DNA of 64,000 bases from Candidatus Izemoplasmatales bacterium (GCA_050177605.1 JBFXGX010000002.1:88114-152113); one strand, 5' to 3'. Positions 40,427 through 51,123 are shown, numbered from the stretch's first letter. Notes: generated from the letters alone by a model not told the origin. Numbers and translations: made by a program.

Positions 40427-40987
40427 ATGAATCGTCGAAAAAACTTATTTACAAGAGATGAAATGTTTCAAATGAATGTTGATAAATTAGCTGAAAGAGG
40501 TGTCAGTGTTGATGAAATTGCTGAAGTTGCTTTTCGCCAACAATCAAAATGGAATCCTAATATCTCTTATTTAGAATGCAAAGAATCTGTAGAAAAAATC
40601 TTATCTTTAAGAGATGTTTTTCATTTGTTACAACTTGGAGCTGAAATTGATCGTTTAACAGAAGCGAAAATGTTTAAAGGTCCTATTCAAGAAATCTTGG
40701 CTAGCGATTTAGGCATGTTTGGTATTGATGAATTATTTGGTCTTGAATTAGCTGGTTTGTACGGTACAATCGGTAAAACCAATTTTGGTGATATCGATGT
40801 TAACAAACCTGGTGTTGTTTCTAGACTAAATGAAGCAGGGAAAGAAGATAAAGAAGAATGTCATACATTCCTTGACGATATCGTCGGTGCAATCGCTGCT
40901 GCAGCCTCCACAAGAGTTGCGCAAATCGAAAACGAGATTGAAGCAAGAAAAGATCCAAGTATTATTGAAGAACCAAAGTTATTTTAA
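40427..40987 (+). CDS. pgpA: Phosphatidylglycerophosphatase A family (YutG-like)
   Basis: FGIDE, YGTIGKTNFG, HTFLDDIVGAIAAAA. Confidence 0.8.
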   Translation: MNRRKNLFTRDEMFQMNVDKLAERGVSVDEIAEVAFRQQSKWNPNISYLECKESVEKILSLRDVFHLLQLGAEIDRLTEAKMFKGPIQEILASDLGMFGIDELFGLELAGLYGTIGKTNFGDIDVNKPGVVSRLNEAGKEDKEECHTFLDDIVGAIAAAASTRVAQIENEIEARKDPSIIEEPKLF

Positions 40988-41021
40988 CTAAACATTATCC
41001 TTTTTGAAAGGGGGTGAAGAA

Positions 41022-42623
41022 ATGGACAATCGTGAGAAAGAACTAGATAACTTTTTTAAGAATAATGATTACTCTTCAAAGAAGAAATCAAGCAAAGATT
41101 CAAAAAAAGAAGATACGAATAAAATAGATGCTTATTTCGATACCGTTGCGGTAAAGAAAGCGCCAAAAAGAAAATCTGGTCTTGATAAGATTGTTGATTT
41201 CTTTAAAATAACCTCTTTCAAAACCAAGTTTGATGAAAATAAAGTTAGTGCGAACATCAAGCAGTTTCAAGTAGAAGGAGTCAATAAATCGAACAATATC
41301 TGGAAAAAGATTACTTCGAAAATTGCTACTTGGTTAAGTTTTGAAGTTGATGTCGATATTTTAGATGAAACAAGTGTTCTTTACAGAAGAAACCGTGTCA
41401 TAAAAAATATTATTATGATCACCAACTTTGTATTTATGATTTTTACCTTTGTTGGATCAAAAAGTGTTGGGCTTAATGTCAATCTCATTGTTGCGTTTGG
41501 ATTCTTTTTAGTCATGTTCTTCACAAACATGTCCATTAAGAAGATCATCCTAGAAGAGCCCACTACCTATCAAAAACAAGTATTAGGTGAATATTTTTCC
41601 GCAATCTACATTTTAATGATGGCCATGGTGGTCTATATCAAACTAAAATGGACATTACAAACAGATGTTACTGAAGGATTTATGTCCATTACGCAAGCGG
41701 GATATTCTCTCATTTATTTCGCATTAGTTGTGATTGCTTTATATCAAGATACAAAACTATTAAAGTTTATTTTCCGGGTCGCAATTATTTTTATGACGAT
41801 TATCCATGTTACAATTCTCTATCCAGTTTACAATTATGCTGGTGATATAACGACGCTATGGAATTATATTTCAGGACCAATCTTATCGGATATTATTTTA
41901 AGAACATTAGTCCTAGTAATCTTTATGATTGCGCTCAATTCAACTGCTAGAATTAGTGAAAACATGAATAATAAGCGTAAAGAAGAACTCGTCAAACGCA
42001 GGGCCATGGAAAAAGACTTTAAAGCGGTTGTTAGTGATGTTTTTGATGTCATTAGTGTTTACAAACAACGTAGTGAAGGGAACCAAGAAAAGCGTCAGGA
42101 TGAGGCTTCTAGAAGGGTTGCTGAACTTGCATCCAAACTTGGTAACTTCTTAGGCTATTCGCCAAAACTATGTAAAGAAATCTTTGACTTCTCGACGATA
42201 CATATCGATAAAAAAGGTGTGTTATCACTAGAAGATTATGATGACAAAGAAGTTCTAGATGAACAAGACTTCAAAAAAATTCGCGATAAAACTATTATCG
42301 GTTCAGTCATCATCAAACGTCTTCAATTAGAGAAGAAAGCTGAAGATATTGTAAGAGCTCATTTTGAGAAAACAGCTGATCAAGACTTTATGAAAGAAAT
42401 GAATTCCATTCAGAATAATCGCGAATCTCAAGTGATCTTATTGATGGAAATTTATGATATTTTACGTCAAGTTCGAAATTATAAAAAAGAGATGAAACAT
42501 GCGAGAGCAGTTGATCTCATTCAACTCGAATTTTATCCCTATTTTGATCCGCAAATTGTTGATCGTTTTGCAAAATATAGTGATGATTTCGAATCGATTT
42601 ATTACAAATTAACATTAGAATAG
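41022..42623 (+). CDS. Multi-TM membrane protein with degenerate HD-GYP domain
   Basis: About 6 TM helices, then a coiled coil, then the HD-GYP scaffold ([26 protein letters not shown]) without the metal ligands. Confidence 0.75.
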   Translation: MDNREKELDNFFKNNDYSSKKKSSKDSKKEDTNKIDAYFDTVAVKKAPKRKSGLDKIVDFFKITSFKTKFDENKVSANIKQFQVEGVNKSNNIWKKITSKIATWLSFEVDVDILDETSVLYRRNRVIKNIIMITNFVFMIFTFVGSKSVGLNVNLIVAFGFFLVMFFTNMSIKKIILEEPTTYQKQVLGEYFSAIYILMMAMVVYIKLKWTLQTDVTEGFMSITQAGYSLIYFALVVIALYQDTKLLKFIFRVAIIFMTIIHVTILYPVYNYAGDITTLWNYISGPILSDIILRTLVLVIFMIALNSTARISENMNNKRKEELVKRRAMEKDFKAVVSDVFDVISVYKQRSEGNQEKRQDEASRRVAELASKLGNFLGYSPKLCKEIFDFSTIHIDKKGVLSLEDYDDKEVLDEQDFKKIRDKTIIGSVIIKRLQLEKKAEDIVRAHFEKTADQDFMKEMNSIQNNRESQVILLMEIYDILRQVRNYKKEMKHARAVDLIQLEFYPYFDPQIVDRFAKYSDDFESIYYKLTLE

Positions 42624-42633
42624 GAGAATTACC

Positions 42634-43788
42634 ATGTATCGTTTTTTTACATCAGAATCAGTAACAGAAGGACATCCAGATAAGATTTGTGATCAAATCT
42701 CTGACGCCATTTTGGACGCCATTTTAGAAAAAGATAAGAACGGAAGAGTTGCTTGTGAAACCGTTGTGACTACTGGTCTTGTATTAGTCGCAGGAGAAAT
42801 CACTACAAATAGTTATGTTGATATTCAGGCAATTGTTCGTAAGACAGTAGATGAAATTGGGTATAACCGTGGAAAATTTGGTTTTGATGCGGACAATTTA
42901 GCGGTCTTAGTCTCAATCAATAGCCAGTCTTCTGATATTGCGATGGGTGTTGATGAAACAATGTCCCATGAACAAGGAGCAGGAGATCAAGGGATGATGT
43001 TTGGGTATGCAACAGATGAGACCCCTTCATTTATGCCGGTGACTTATCACTATGCAAGTTTATTAGCACAAAAATTAGCGGAAGTTCGTAAAACGCATCT
43101 TCTCGAGTATTTACGTCCAGATGGAAAGACGCAAGTAACAGCTGAATTTAATGATGATGGAACATTTAAACGTTTTGATAAGATTCTTATTTCTTCGCAG
43201 CATTCGCCAGAAGTATCTCAAGCGAAGATTCGTGAAGATATCATTCAGTATGTGATTCATACAGTCTTACCATTAGAATATCTTGATGAGTCTACTGAAA
43301 TATTAGTCAATCCAACTGGAAGATTTGTAATTGGAGGACCTGCTGGTGATTCTGGTTTAACAGGAAGAAAGATTATAGTGGATACTTATGGTGGAAAAGC
43401 CCATCATGGTGGTGGTGCTTTCTCTGGAAAAGATCCTTCAAAAGTAGATCGTTCCGCTGCTTATGCTTTACGATATGTAGCTAAAAATATCGTAGCAGCT
43501 GGATTAGCAAAAGAAATTGAAGTGCAAGTTTCTTATGCAATTGGCGTAGCAAAACCAACAAGTATCGGCGTAAACACGTTTGGTAGTGGGGTTTTATCTG
43601 ATGATGAAATCGTCGCAATTATCAAAAAAGAGTTTGACCTAAGACCAAGAGCCATTATCGATTATTTTGACTTAAAAAGACCTATCTATAAACAAACGGC
43701 ATCTTACGGACATTTTGGACGTGATGATTTAGATTTACCTTGGGAAAAATTAGACAAAGTGGAAGCGTTAAAAAATTACTTGAAATAA
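42634..43788 (+). CDS. metK: S-adenosylmethionine synthetase
   Basis: [28 protein letters not shown]. Confidence 0.97.
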   Translation: MYRFFTSESVTEGHPDKICDQISDAILDAILEKDKNGRVACETVVTTGLVLVAGEITTNSYVDIQAIVRKTVDEIGYNRGKFGFDADNLAVLVSINSQSSDIAMGVDETMSHEQGAGDQGMMFGYATDETPSFMPVTYHYASLLAQKLAEVRKTHLLEYLRPDGKTQVTAEFNDDGTFKRFDKILISSQHSPEVSQAKIREDIIQYVIHTVLPLEYLDESTEILVNPTGRFVIGGPAGDSGLTGRKIIVDTYGGKAHHGGGAFSGKDPSKVDRSAAYALRYVAKNIVAAGLAKEIEVQVSYAIGVAKPTSIGVNTFGSGVLSDDEIVAIIKKEFDLRPRAIIDYFDLKRPIYKQTASYGHFGRDDLDLPWEKLDKVEALKNYLK

Positions 43789-43789
43789 G

Positions 43790-44272
43790 GTGGACAACAT
43801 GCTAATTATTGATTGGAAAGCTATTTTAGAGCTTACGTTTCTGATTTTATTCGTTGTAGGAGTTATCGCAATTGCATCAATCTTTTTGATTCGATCGATT
43901 CTAGCTTCTTATAAAGAGGTATTTAAATATCAATCAAAGTTTGATATTGAATTAAGAAAAACGCTTAATTTGATATCGAAAGTGGTGAATCACGAAAAAC
44001 TGAACGAATATTCAAAAATGACAATCAAAGATTTATCATTTGAAGATAAGAAGAAGCTGATGTTACTTATTGATCAACAAATCCTTTATGTTGATCGTTC
44101 GAGTGAGGAAAACACCTATATCTTTGAAACCTACGACAACCTTCATGAAGTAAGACGTACAAGAGACAGTTTAGCACTCATCTATAATCAAAAGATTATG
44201 ATGTTTCCATTTAATATTTATTCGAGAATTTTAAAGAAACAAAAATGGGAAATTTACACTGATAATTTATAA
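43790..44272 (+). CDS. Divergent LemA-like membrane protein
   Basis: N-terminal TM helix; C-terminal R..R......YNQKIMMFPFNI resembles the LemA YN...FP.N motif. Confidence 0.55.
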   Translation: MDNMLIIDWKAILELTFLILFVVGVIAIASIFLIRSILASYKEVFKYQSKFDIELRKTLNLISKVVNHEKLNEYSKMTIKDLSFEDKKKLMLLIDQQILYVDRSSEENTYIFETYDNLHEVRRTRDSLALIYNQKIMMFPFNIYSRILKKQKWEIYTDNL

Positions 44273-44276
44273 AAAT

Positions 44277-44303
44277 AAAGAACCGCGAGAGCGGTTCTTT
44301 TTT
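44277..44303. terminator. Bidirectional terminator
   Basis: AAAGAACCGC-gaga-GCGGTTCTTT between convergent genes. Confidence 0.85.
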
Positions 44304-44835
44304 ATAGTTTATCAATAATGATGATATAGGGAGCTAACTCTTTGTTGAGTATACTCCATTTTGTCACATCATATTCTTTTGAAGATAAATTACTCGTAAA
44401 GTGTTGTAACAAAGTTGCTTCATTTCCAGGGTGTTTTTGATACACAGTAATAACGCATCTACCACCTTTTTTGAGTAAAGGCAATCCTTCTTTCAAACTC
44501 TCAATGGTTGTCGATCCTTGGGTTAATATATCTTTATCTCCGTGAGGTAAATAGCCAAGGTTATAAATCATACATCCAATTTCATTCTTGATATATTGGC
44601 GTATTAAATGATGTGAATCATGGATTAATTTTACATTTTCGATATGCAACTCATCTAGGCGTTTCTTCGTCTCTTGAATGGCTTCCTCTTGAATATCAAA
44701 ACCAATGACTCCTTTCGATACCTTACTTAAGAAAACGGTGTCTTGCCCCCTGCCAACCGTCATATCGACGGTTATGTCATTCGATAAATCTAGAATAGAT
44801 AAAAGCTCATGAGCATACGTTGCACTATTTTTCAT
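44302..44835 (-). CDS. ytqB: Class I SAM-dependent methyltransferase, YtqB/MnmM-like
   Basis: VDMTVGRGQDT, GFDIQ, YNLGYLPHGDK; ATG at 44835 overlaps the ytqA stop. Confidence 0.82.
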   Translation of the reverse strand: MKNSATYAHELLSILDLSNDITVDMTVGRGQDTVFLSKVSKGVIGFDIQEEAIQETKKRLDELHIENVKLIHDSHHLIRQYIKNEIGCMIYNLGYLPHGDKDILTQGSTTIESLKEGLPLLKKGGRCVITVYQKHPGNEATLLQHFTSNLSSKEYDVTKWSILNKELAPYIIIIDKL

Positions 44836-45757
44836 AATAGACTCCTTGGTATGTTTTTTTCTTGCGAAGTAGTTTGTCGATTTCGTTGGTGACGACAAAT
44901 TTTTTCAGTGTCCATAAGGGTTCAATTAATTCGTTTCGATCTGCGTCTCCCGTCAAACGGTGTAACACGATATCTGGCCTCAAAATTTCAATTTGACTGA
45001 CTGTGATATCAACATATTCCTCCAGCGTGAGAAAATGGAATGGATTTTTTAAGTAAATTTCATACATTGGTGTGTTTTTAGTCATAAATAACATATGGAT
45101 TTTTAATCCTTGAATATCGAGTTGATTGACTTTCTTCACCGTTTCCAACATCATATCTTTCGTTTCTCCAGGGAGTCCGTTAATAATATGAACAACGGTA
45201 TGAATACCCAAACTTCTTAATCGGTGGACTGCTTCATCAAAAACTTGATAGGTATGACCGCGGTTGATTTTCTTTGAGGTTTCTTCATGGATTGTTTGAA
45301 GGCCAAGTTCAATGGATAAAAATGTTCTTTGGTTAAGTTCACTCAGATATTCATAAGTTTCATCAGTAATCGAATCAGGCCTTGTAGCGATACTTAATCC
45401 GATGATATCAGGATCCAAGGTTAAGGCTTCTTCAAATAATGATTTTAATTTTTCAATCGGACCATAGGTGTTTGTGTTTGCTTGAAAATAGGCGATGTAT
45501 TTCCCGTCTTTCCATTTGTTTTGCATCATTTTTTTGACGGTTTGAAATTGGTTCCTTAACGGTTGTGATTTATCACCACCGAATTCAGCACTACCTGATT
45601 CAGAACAAAAAATACAGCCTCGATAAGACAAAGTTCCATCACGGTTTGGGCAGGTAAAGTCACCATTTAATGATATTTTATATACTTTGTGTCCGTATTT
45701 TTCTAAATAATAATCATTAATCGTATAATAAGGTCTTTCTTTATGTTCAAAATCCAT
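44825..45757 (-). CDS. ytqA: Radical SAM protein, YtqA/YhcC (TIGR01212-type)
   Basis: FTCPNRDGT...GCIFCS, ATRPD, ELGLQT, HIINGLP, HRLTGD. Confidence 0.9.
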   Translation of the reverse strand: MDFEHKERPYYTINDYYLEKYGHKVYKISLNGDFTCPNRDGTLSYRGCIFCSESGSAEFGGDKSQPLRNQFQTVKKMMQNKWKDGKYIAYFQANTNTYGPIEKLKSLFEEALTLDPDIIGLSIATRPDSITDETYEYLSELNQRTFLSIELGLQTIHEETSKKINRGHTYQVFDEAVHRLRSLGIHTVVHIINGLPGETKDMMLETVKKVNQLDIQGLKIHMLFMTKNTPMYEIYLKNPFHFLTLEEYVDITVSQIEILRPDIVLHRLTGDADRNELIEPLWTLKKFVVTNEIDKLLRKKKTYQGVYYEK

Positions 45758-45840
45758 TTTATCACCGACAATATTATATCACATAATATTCTTGGTCGTG
45801 ACCTAGATAATATGTTATAATAGAGCAAGTTGGTGATATT

Positions 45841-46647
45841 ATGTTTCATATATTTAGAGATTCGCTATTTGATCCAAAAAAAATAATTACGTATCAAAAT
45901 AAGCGAACATCCACTTTTATCTTTTATCTATTATTATTAGCTCTGTTTATGACAACAGGGACTTTTGTATATTATTTGGGTTTTAGTTCAAACTCGGAGA
46001 TTTCAATCGCTACAACGGGCTGTACTATTACTGACAATCATCTGTCCTGTACAGGGGAAAACCATGATCCAAATGAAGCGTTTATTCTCTATGATTTTAC
46101 TTTCTATTTTTTAGATGAATCGGAATCCATCGAAGATGTGAATATGTTGGAATCTGAAATTATGGTTTTTCAAGGAACGAATATTTCATTATATCGTAAT
46201 GGAAATGAATATTTAACTTGGTCTTCTGTAGAATTATTAGCGGCCTCTCCTGATTTTGATACAATGATGAGTGCTTTTACAAGTGGTATTTTAATTGTTT
46301 CTATCTTTGTTGCATATATTCTCAATTTATTACTTTTACTATTCTGGATTTTAATCTCAACCGTTGCGTTTAGCCAGTATAGAAGATTTATGAAATTTGG
46401 TGAAATCTACAAATTAGTTGGATTCGCTACGACGCCAGTAGCGGCAGTGATTGCGTTTAACTCTCTCATCAATATGTCAAATACCGTATTTTTTATTCTA
46501 TTCTTAGGAAGTTACTATTCACTGTACTATTTAAGAAGAGGTTTATCGTTACAAATCTATGAAAAAATGAAGGCCTCGATGCCAGTAAATAAAGAGAATG
46601 ACGAAGATGAATTTGAAGAAGATTCAACGAATGAAGAAGATAAATAA
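45841..46647 (+). CDS. Membrane protein, DUF1189-like
   Basis: F..F.DSLF.PK N-terminus, one TM, extracellular loop, about 3 TM, acidic tail. Confidence 0.6.
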   Translation: MFHIFRDSLFDPKKIITYQNKRTSTFIFYLLLLALFMTTGTFVYYLGFSSNSEISIATTGCTITDNHLSCTGENHDPNEAFILYDFTFYFLDESESIEDVNMLESEIMVFQGTNISLYRNGNEYLTWSSVELLAASPDFDTMMSAFTSGILIVSIFVAYILNLLLLLFWILISTVAFSQYRRFMKFGEIYKLVGFATTPVAAVIAFNSLINMSNTVFFILFLGSYYSLYYLRRGLSLQIYEKMKASMPVNKENDEDEFEEDSTNEEDK

Positions 46648-46689
46648 TCTCTTGAATTAAGATTCCAGTTGTGATAAACTTATACTAAC

Positions 46690-46905
46690 AAGCAAAGAAC
46701 TAGAAATAGTAGTTTATTGGACCAGTGTAGAGACCTAGAGTTTGGTGAAATCTAGGATGGAAAAATAGATGAACTCGTCTAGGGAGCTGATTAAGCAAAA
46801 CACGTGAGTTTAATCCGTATTCCGGCGTTAACGGTTTGAGTGCTAGAGCAATCTAGAACAAAGGTGGTACCGCGCATTGTCGTCCTTTTTTAGGACGATT
46901 TTTTT
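46690..46905 (+). ncRNA. T-box riboswitch (Leu, CUC specifier)
   Basis: AGTA, AGAGA and GGTGAA stem-I motifs; GAA-CTC specifier (46771-46776); T-box AAGGTGGTACCGCG (46861-46874); terminator TCGTCCT/AGGACGA plus T-tract; promoter TTGAAT-17-TAAACT. Confidence 0.92.
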
Positions 46906-46924
46906 ATTGATAGGAGGAACAAAA

Positions 46925-49345
46925 ATGAGTGCATTTGTGCCAAGCTTCAACCATTTAGAAATTGAACCAAAATGGCAAAAATTATGGTATGAGAATCATT
47001 TCTTTGAAGCCAAAGATTTTGATTCTAAGCCAAAGTATTATAACCTTGTGGAATTCCCATATCCAAGTGGTCATGGAATGCATGTTGGTCATATTCGTGC
47101 CTATACTTCGCTTGAAGTATTATCTCGTAAAAGACGAATGGAAGGATATAATGTTTTATTCCCAATTGGGTTTGATGCTTTTGGTTTACCAACAGAAAAC
47201 TATGCTATAAAAAATCAAATTCATCCACGGATTGTGACCGATGAAAACATCAAAATGTTTACGAAACAGTTACAAAAAACTGGTTTTTCGTTCGATTTTA
47301 GCCGTACTGTGGATACAACCGATGAAGAATATTACCGTTTTACGCAATGGATTTTTCTTAAAATGTATGAACACGGTTTAGTGTATAAATCGAAAACATA
47401 TGTTAATTTCTGCCCAGACTGTAAAGTCGTTTTGTCGAACGAAGAGTCACAAGGTGGCGAATGCGACCGTTGTGGATCACAAGTTACACAACTTGAAAAA
47501 GATGTATGGTTCCTTAAAATTACTGCTTACGCTGATAAGTTGTTAGAAGGGCTTGATGTCTTGGAATCGAATAATCGCATTCATACAGAACAAGAAAAAT
47601 GGATTGGAAAATCAAAAGGTGCTTTTATAGAGTTTAGTGTGAAAGATACAAAGGAAGTATTAAAAGTTTTTACTACGAGACCTGATACTATTTTTGGGGC
47701 TACTTTCATGGTTATTTCTCCAGAACATCCAATTCTTGAAAAAATGCATGACCGAATTCAAAATCATCACGAAGTTCATGAGTACCAAGATAAAGCGAAA
47801 CTGAAATCTGAGTTTGAGAGAACGCAACTCGTAAAAGACAAAACAGGCGTTGTGTTACAAGGATTAGAAGCAATCAACCCTGTGACTGGTGAAATCATTC
47901 CGATTTTCGTTTCTGATTATGTAATGATTACTTATGGAACTGGAGCGATTATGGCCGTTCCTGGTCATGATGAAAGAGATTATGATTTTGCGAAAAAATT
48001 TGGCATGAAGATTATTGAAGTCATTGCCGGTGGCGATATAGAGAAAGAAGCTTTTACTGATACTGAAACTGGAACGCTTGTCAATAGTGGCTTCTTAAAT
48101 GGATTAAGTGTTGAAGAAGCAAAAGATAAAATCATTGCGTTTTTAAAAGAAAAGGGAATTGGAGAACCGACTCAAAACTTTAAGATGAAGGATTGGGCGT
48201 TTAATCGTCAACGATATTGGGGTGAACCGATTCCGATTATCTATTGTGAAGAACATGGTACTGTCCCAGTACCTTATGAAGATTTACCAGTTAAATTACC
48301 AATGGTAGAAGAGTTTATCCCAACCGACACAGGAGAATCACCTCTAGCAAATATCGCTAGCTATGTGAATACAACATGCCCAATTTGTGGTAAACCTGCA
48401 AAACGAGAAACTGATACAATGCCTCAATGGGCTGGTTCTAGTTGGTATTTCTTAAGGTATATGGACCCACATAATCAAAATCATTTTGCCGATAAAGAAA
48501 AAATGGCTTATTGGGGCCCAATTGATTGGTATAATGGTGGTATGGAACATGTGACTAGACATCTTATCTATTCACGTTTTTGGAATCATTTCTTGTATGA
48601 TATTGGAGAAGTTCCTTTTGCGGAACCTTATAAAAAAAGAACAGCGCAAGGTTTGATCTTGGGTGAAGACGGTGAAAAAATGTCCAAGTCCAAAGGTAAT
48701 GTAATCAACCCGCTAGACATTATTCAGGAATATGGCGCAGATACACTTCGCATGTATATTTTATTTATTGGCGATTATGAAATGCCAACACCTTGGAATG
48801 AGTCAGGTGTCAAAGGATGTAGAAGATTCTTAGATAAAACCTGGAGAATGTTTGAACGCGTTGAAAAGGACGCTTCGATTCCGTCTTCTATTGAAACTTT
48901 ACTTCACAAAACGATTAAGGGCGTCAGCGAAGATTATGAGAATTTAAAGTTTAACACAGCGATTGCGAAAATGATGACTCTAGCGAATGAGGTTTCTAGT
49001 TTAGACGCTATTAGTTTAGAGATGTATGAAACCATGTTAAAACTTCTTTATCCAGTGAGTCCTCATATGAGCGAAGAGTTGTGGGAGTTACTTGGACACA
49101 AGGATCCATTAGTGTTTGAATCTTGGCCTGTATTTGATGAATCAAAACTTGTCGAAGACGAAGTAGAAATCATTGTAAGCGTCAACGGCAAATTAAGAGA
49201 TAAAATGACGATGCCATTAAATTCTAACAATCAAGTATTAGAAAAAGCTGCATTAGACAGAGAAAAAATCATTGCTTTCTTAAATGGAGCGACAGTTCGT
49301 AAAGTCATTGTTGTGCCAAACAAACTAGTAAATATCGTTATTTAA
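46925..49345 (+). CDS. leuS: Leucine--tRNA ligase
   Basis: FPYPSG..MHVGH, FTTRPDT editing domain, KMSKS; ATG at 46925 after GGAGG. Confidence 0.96.
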   Translation: MSAFVPSFNHLEIEPKWQKLWYENHFFEAKDFDSKPKYYNLVEFPYPSGHGMHVGHIRAYTSLEVLSRKRRMEGYNVLFPIGFDAFGLPTENYAIKNQIHPRIVTDENIKMFTKQLQKTGFSFDFSRTVDTTDEEYYRFTQWIFLKMYEHGLVYKSKTYVNFCPDCKVVLSNEESQGGECDRCGSQVTQLEKDVWFLKITAYADKLLEGLDVLESNNRIHTEQEKWIGKSKGAFIEFSVKDTKEVLKVFTTRPDTIFGATFMVISPEHPILEKMHDRIQNHHEVHEYQDKAKLKSEFERTQLVKDKTGVVLQGLEAINPVTGEIIPIFVSDYVMITYGTGAIMAVPGHDERDYDFAKKFGMKIIEVIAGGDIEKEAFTDTETGTLVNSGFLNGLSVEEAKDKIIAFLKEKGIGEPTQNFKMKDWAFNRQRYWGEPIPIIYCEEHGTVPVPYEDLPVKLPMVEEFIPTDTGESPLANIASYVNTTCPICGKPAKRETDTMPQWAGSSWYFLRYMDPHNQNHFADKEKMAYWGPIDWYNGGMEHVTRHLIYSRFWNHFLYDIGEVPFAEPYKKRTAQGLILGEDGEKMSKSKGNVINPLDIIQEYGADTLRMYILFIGDYEMPTPWNESGVKGCRRFLDKTWRMFERVEKDASIPSSIETLLHKTIKGVSEDYENLKFNTAIAKMMTLANEVSSLDAISLEMYETMLKLLYPVSPHMSEELWELLGHKDPLVFESWPVFDESKLVEDEVEIIVSVNGKLRDKMTMPLNSNNQVLEKAALDREKIIAFLNGATVRKVIVVPNKLVNIVI

Positions 49346-49352
49346 TAAAGAT

Positions 49353-49392
49353 AAATCACCATTCTGACGTACTATTGAATGGTGATTTTTTT
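49353..49392 (+). terminator. leuS terminator overlapping the comFA ribosome-binding region
   Basis: AAATCACCATTC-12nt-GAATGGTGATTT plus a T-tract ending right at the ATG 49393. Confidence 0.75.
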
Positions 49393-50658
49393 ATGAAAGA
49401 AACGATGTTTAAACCCGCGAATGTTCAATATACGAAAGTACAGTCACTTCATAATAATCTTTGTGAAAGATGTCTTTCGGATAGTTCTAGACACAGAACA
49501 GATTTCTATGGAAGAAGTTACTGTCTTGATTGTGAGCCGTATGGATTATCGACCAATCTAACTTCACTTTATCGTTATCATCGAATGACTGTAAGGAAAG
49601 ATCATATATTATCGATCCCTTTTTCTTTATCCAGTGTTCAAAAAGAGGGAAGTTCTTTCTTTTTGCATTGTCTAGAACAAAAAAAATCTGGATATCTAAA
49701 TGCAGTTTGTGGGGCCGGAAAGACTGAAATGATGTATGATACTATTTTGTATGCACTCAATCAAAACTATCGAGTTTGTATTACAATTCCTAGAAGACAA
49801 GTCGTAGAAGAGTTATCGAAGAGAATCCAAAGTGTCTTTCCTAGGACGACTGTGAGAGAATTACACCAAGATGCAAAAGAGGATGAAGGTGCGGATATTA
49901 TCATATCGACAACCCAACAACTCATTCGTTATTATCAAGAATTTGATTTGTTGATTATTGATGAGTTTGATGCATTTCCATTAAAAGGAAACCCATTTTT
50001 ATATCGTCTTATACAAAAGTCGCTGAAGCCTGATGGTGTTCTACTCATCATGAGTGCGACTGTCACGAGTGATACATTCAGAGTAGTAAAACAATTTGAG
50101 ATGCAAACGTATGATATTTATGAACGATTTCATGGTGAAGATATGGACATTCCCAAAATTCATCTTGAACGAAATCTTTATGGGAAAATCCTTCATAATG
50201 AGTTGCCTATAATAGTCAAGAAGACACTTGATCAGTGGCTCCAAGAAGAGAAGTATGTTTTTGTCTTTGTACCGACCATTAAAAGAGGCGAGCTACTCTT
50301 ATCTGTATTTCAAGAATATGGCTATCAAGCAAAGTTGTTCACATCGAAAACAATCTTCAAATCCTATGAACTAAAGGATTTTGAAAAACGGAAAACGGAA
50401 GTGATAATTTCCACTTCAATTCTTGAAAGAGGCGTCACTTATCCAAACTTGTACGTCATGATTTTTTGGGCAGATCACTCTATTTTTTCGAAGGAAATGA
50501 TGATTCAAATTGCGGGTAGAGTTGGACGGAAAGCAGACTTTCCTCATGGCGAAATCATTATGTTCTCTGAGAAGATTACAAAAGCAATGGAAGAAGCAAT
50601 CAACCATATTAAAAAAATGAATCGGGAAAAGAATAAGCGTGATTTGTGCATATTGTAA
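49393..50658 (+). CDS. comFA: ComFA-like DEAD/H-box DNA-uptake ATPase
   Basis: CERC...YCLDC zinc site, AVCGAGKTEM, IIDEFDAFP, SAT, ILERGVT, QIAGRVGR; comF-hpf-secA-prfB synteny. Confidence 0.85.
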   Translation: MKETMFKPANVQYTKVQSLHNNLCERCLSDSSRHRTDFYGRSYCLDCEPYGLSTNLTSLYRYHRMTVRKDHILSIPFSLSSVQKEGSSFFLHCLEQKKSGYLNAVCGAGKTEMMYDTILYALNQNYRVCITIPRRQVVEELSKRIQSVFPRTTVRELHQDAKEDEGADIIISTTQQLIRYYQEFDLLIIDEFDAFPLKGNPFLYRLIQKSLKPDGVLLIMSATVTSDTFRVVKQFEMQTYDIYERFHGEDMDIPKIHLERNLYGKILHNELPIIVKKTLDQWLQEEKYVFVFVPTIKRGELLLSVFQEYGYQAKLFTSKTIFKSYELKDFEKRKTEVIISTSILERGVTYPNLYVMIFWADHSIFSKEMMIQIAGRVGRKADFPHGEIIMFSEKITKAMEEAINHIKKMNREKNKRDLCIL

Positions 50659-51028
50659 GAAACCACTGAAAATAGAAACCAGTTGGTTATCCCTTTTTCA
50701 ATTTAACAACTGTTGCGTAGAATGCGAATTAATTTTGAATGAAGAACCTTCCTATGAACGTGTACCACTGATAAATGGGTATATAGATCTATGTCAGATA
50801 TTTCCTGTAAAACGCCCTGATATAGAGATTTTACCGTCATTCTATACGAACTATAGAAAACCTTTAATGGACGTCCTAAAGAACCCTTCATCTTACCAAA
50901 TCATTCTCTTTTTTGATGAGGCTGAGCGGATTCATTTTCATAAATATGCTTCCTATTTATATGTGTTTAGAACGATTTTGTTAATCACGACTGAACAGGA
51001 ATCGCTGGTTGAAATTATGATGGAATGA
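50639..51028 (+). CDS. Short ComFC-like zinc-ribbon protein lacking a recognisable PRTase motif
   Basis: CAYC...CVEC N-terminus, overlaps the comFA end; 129 aa. Confidence 0.6.
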   Translation: MICAYCKKPLKIETSWLSLFQFNNCCVECELILNEEPSYERVPLINGYIDLCQIFPVKRPDIEILPSFYTNYRKPLMDVLKNPSSYQIILFFDEAERIHFHKYASYLYVFRTILLITTEQESLVEIMME

Positions 51029-51123
51029 TGATTTTTTTGTAAAAAAAATAGCGACCTTGTTTACTCGTTTTTAAAATGGTGCTATAATGAAATTGGAATT
51101 AAATACAAGAAGGAGTGATTTAT

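Noticed and set aside
46690..46905. T-box specifier (CUC) not matching the nearby tRNA-Leu(UAA)
   Set aside because: CUC is the usual Leu specifier and is read by another tRNA-Leu encoded elsewhere; not anomalous.
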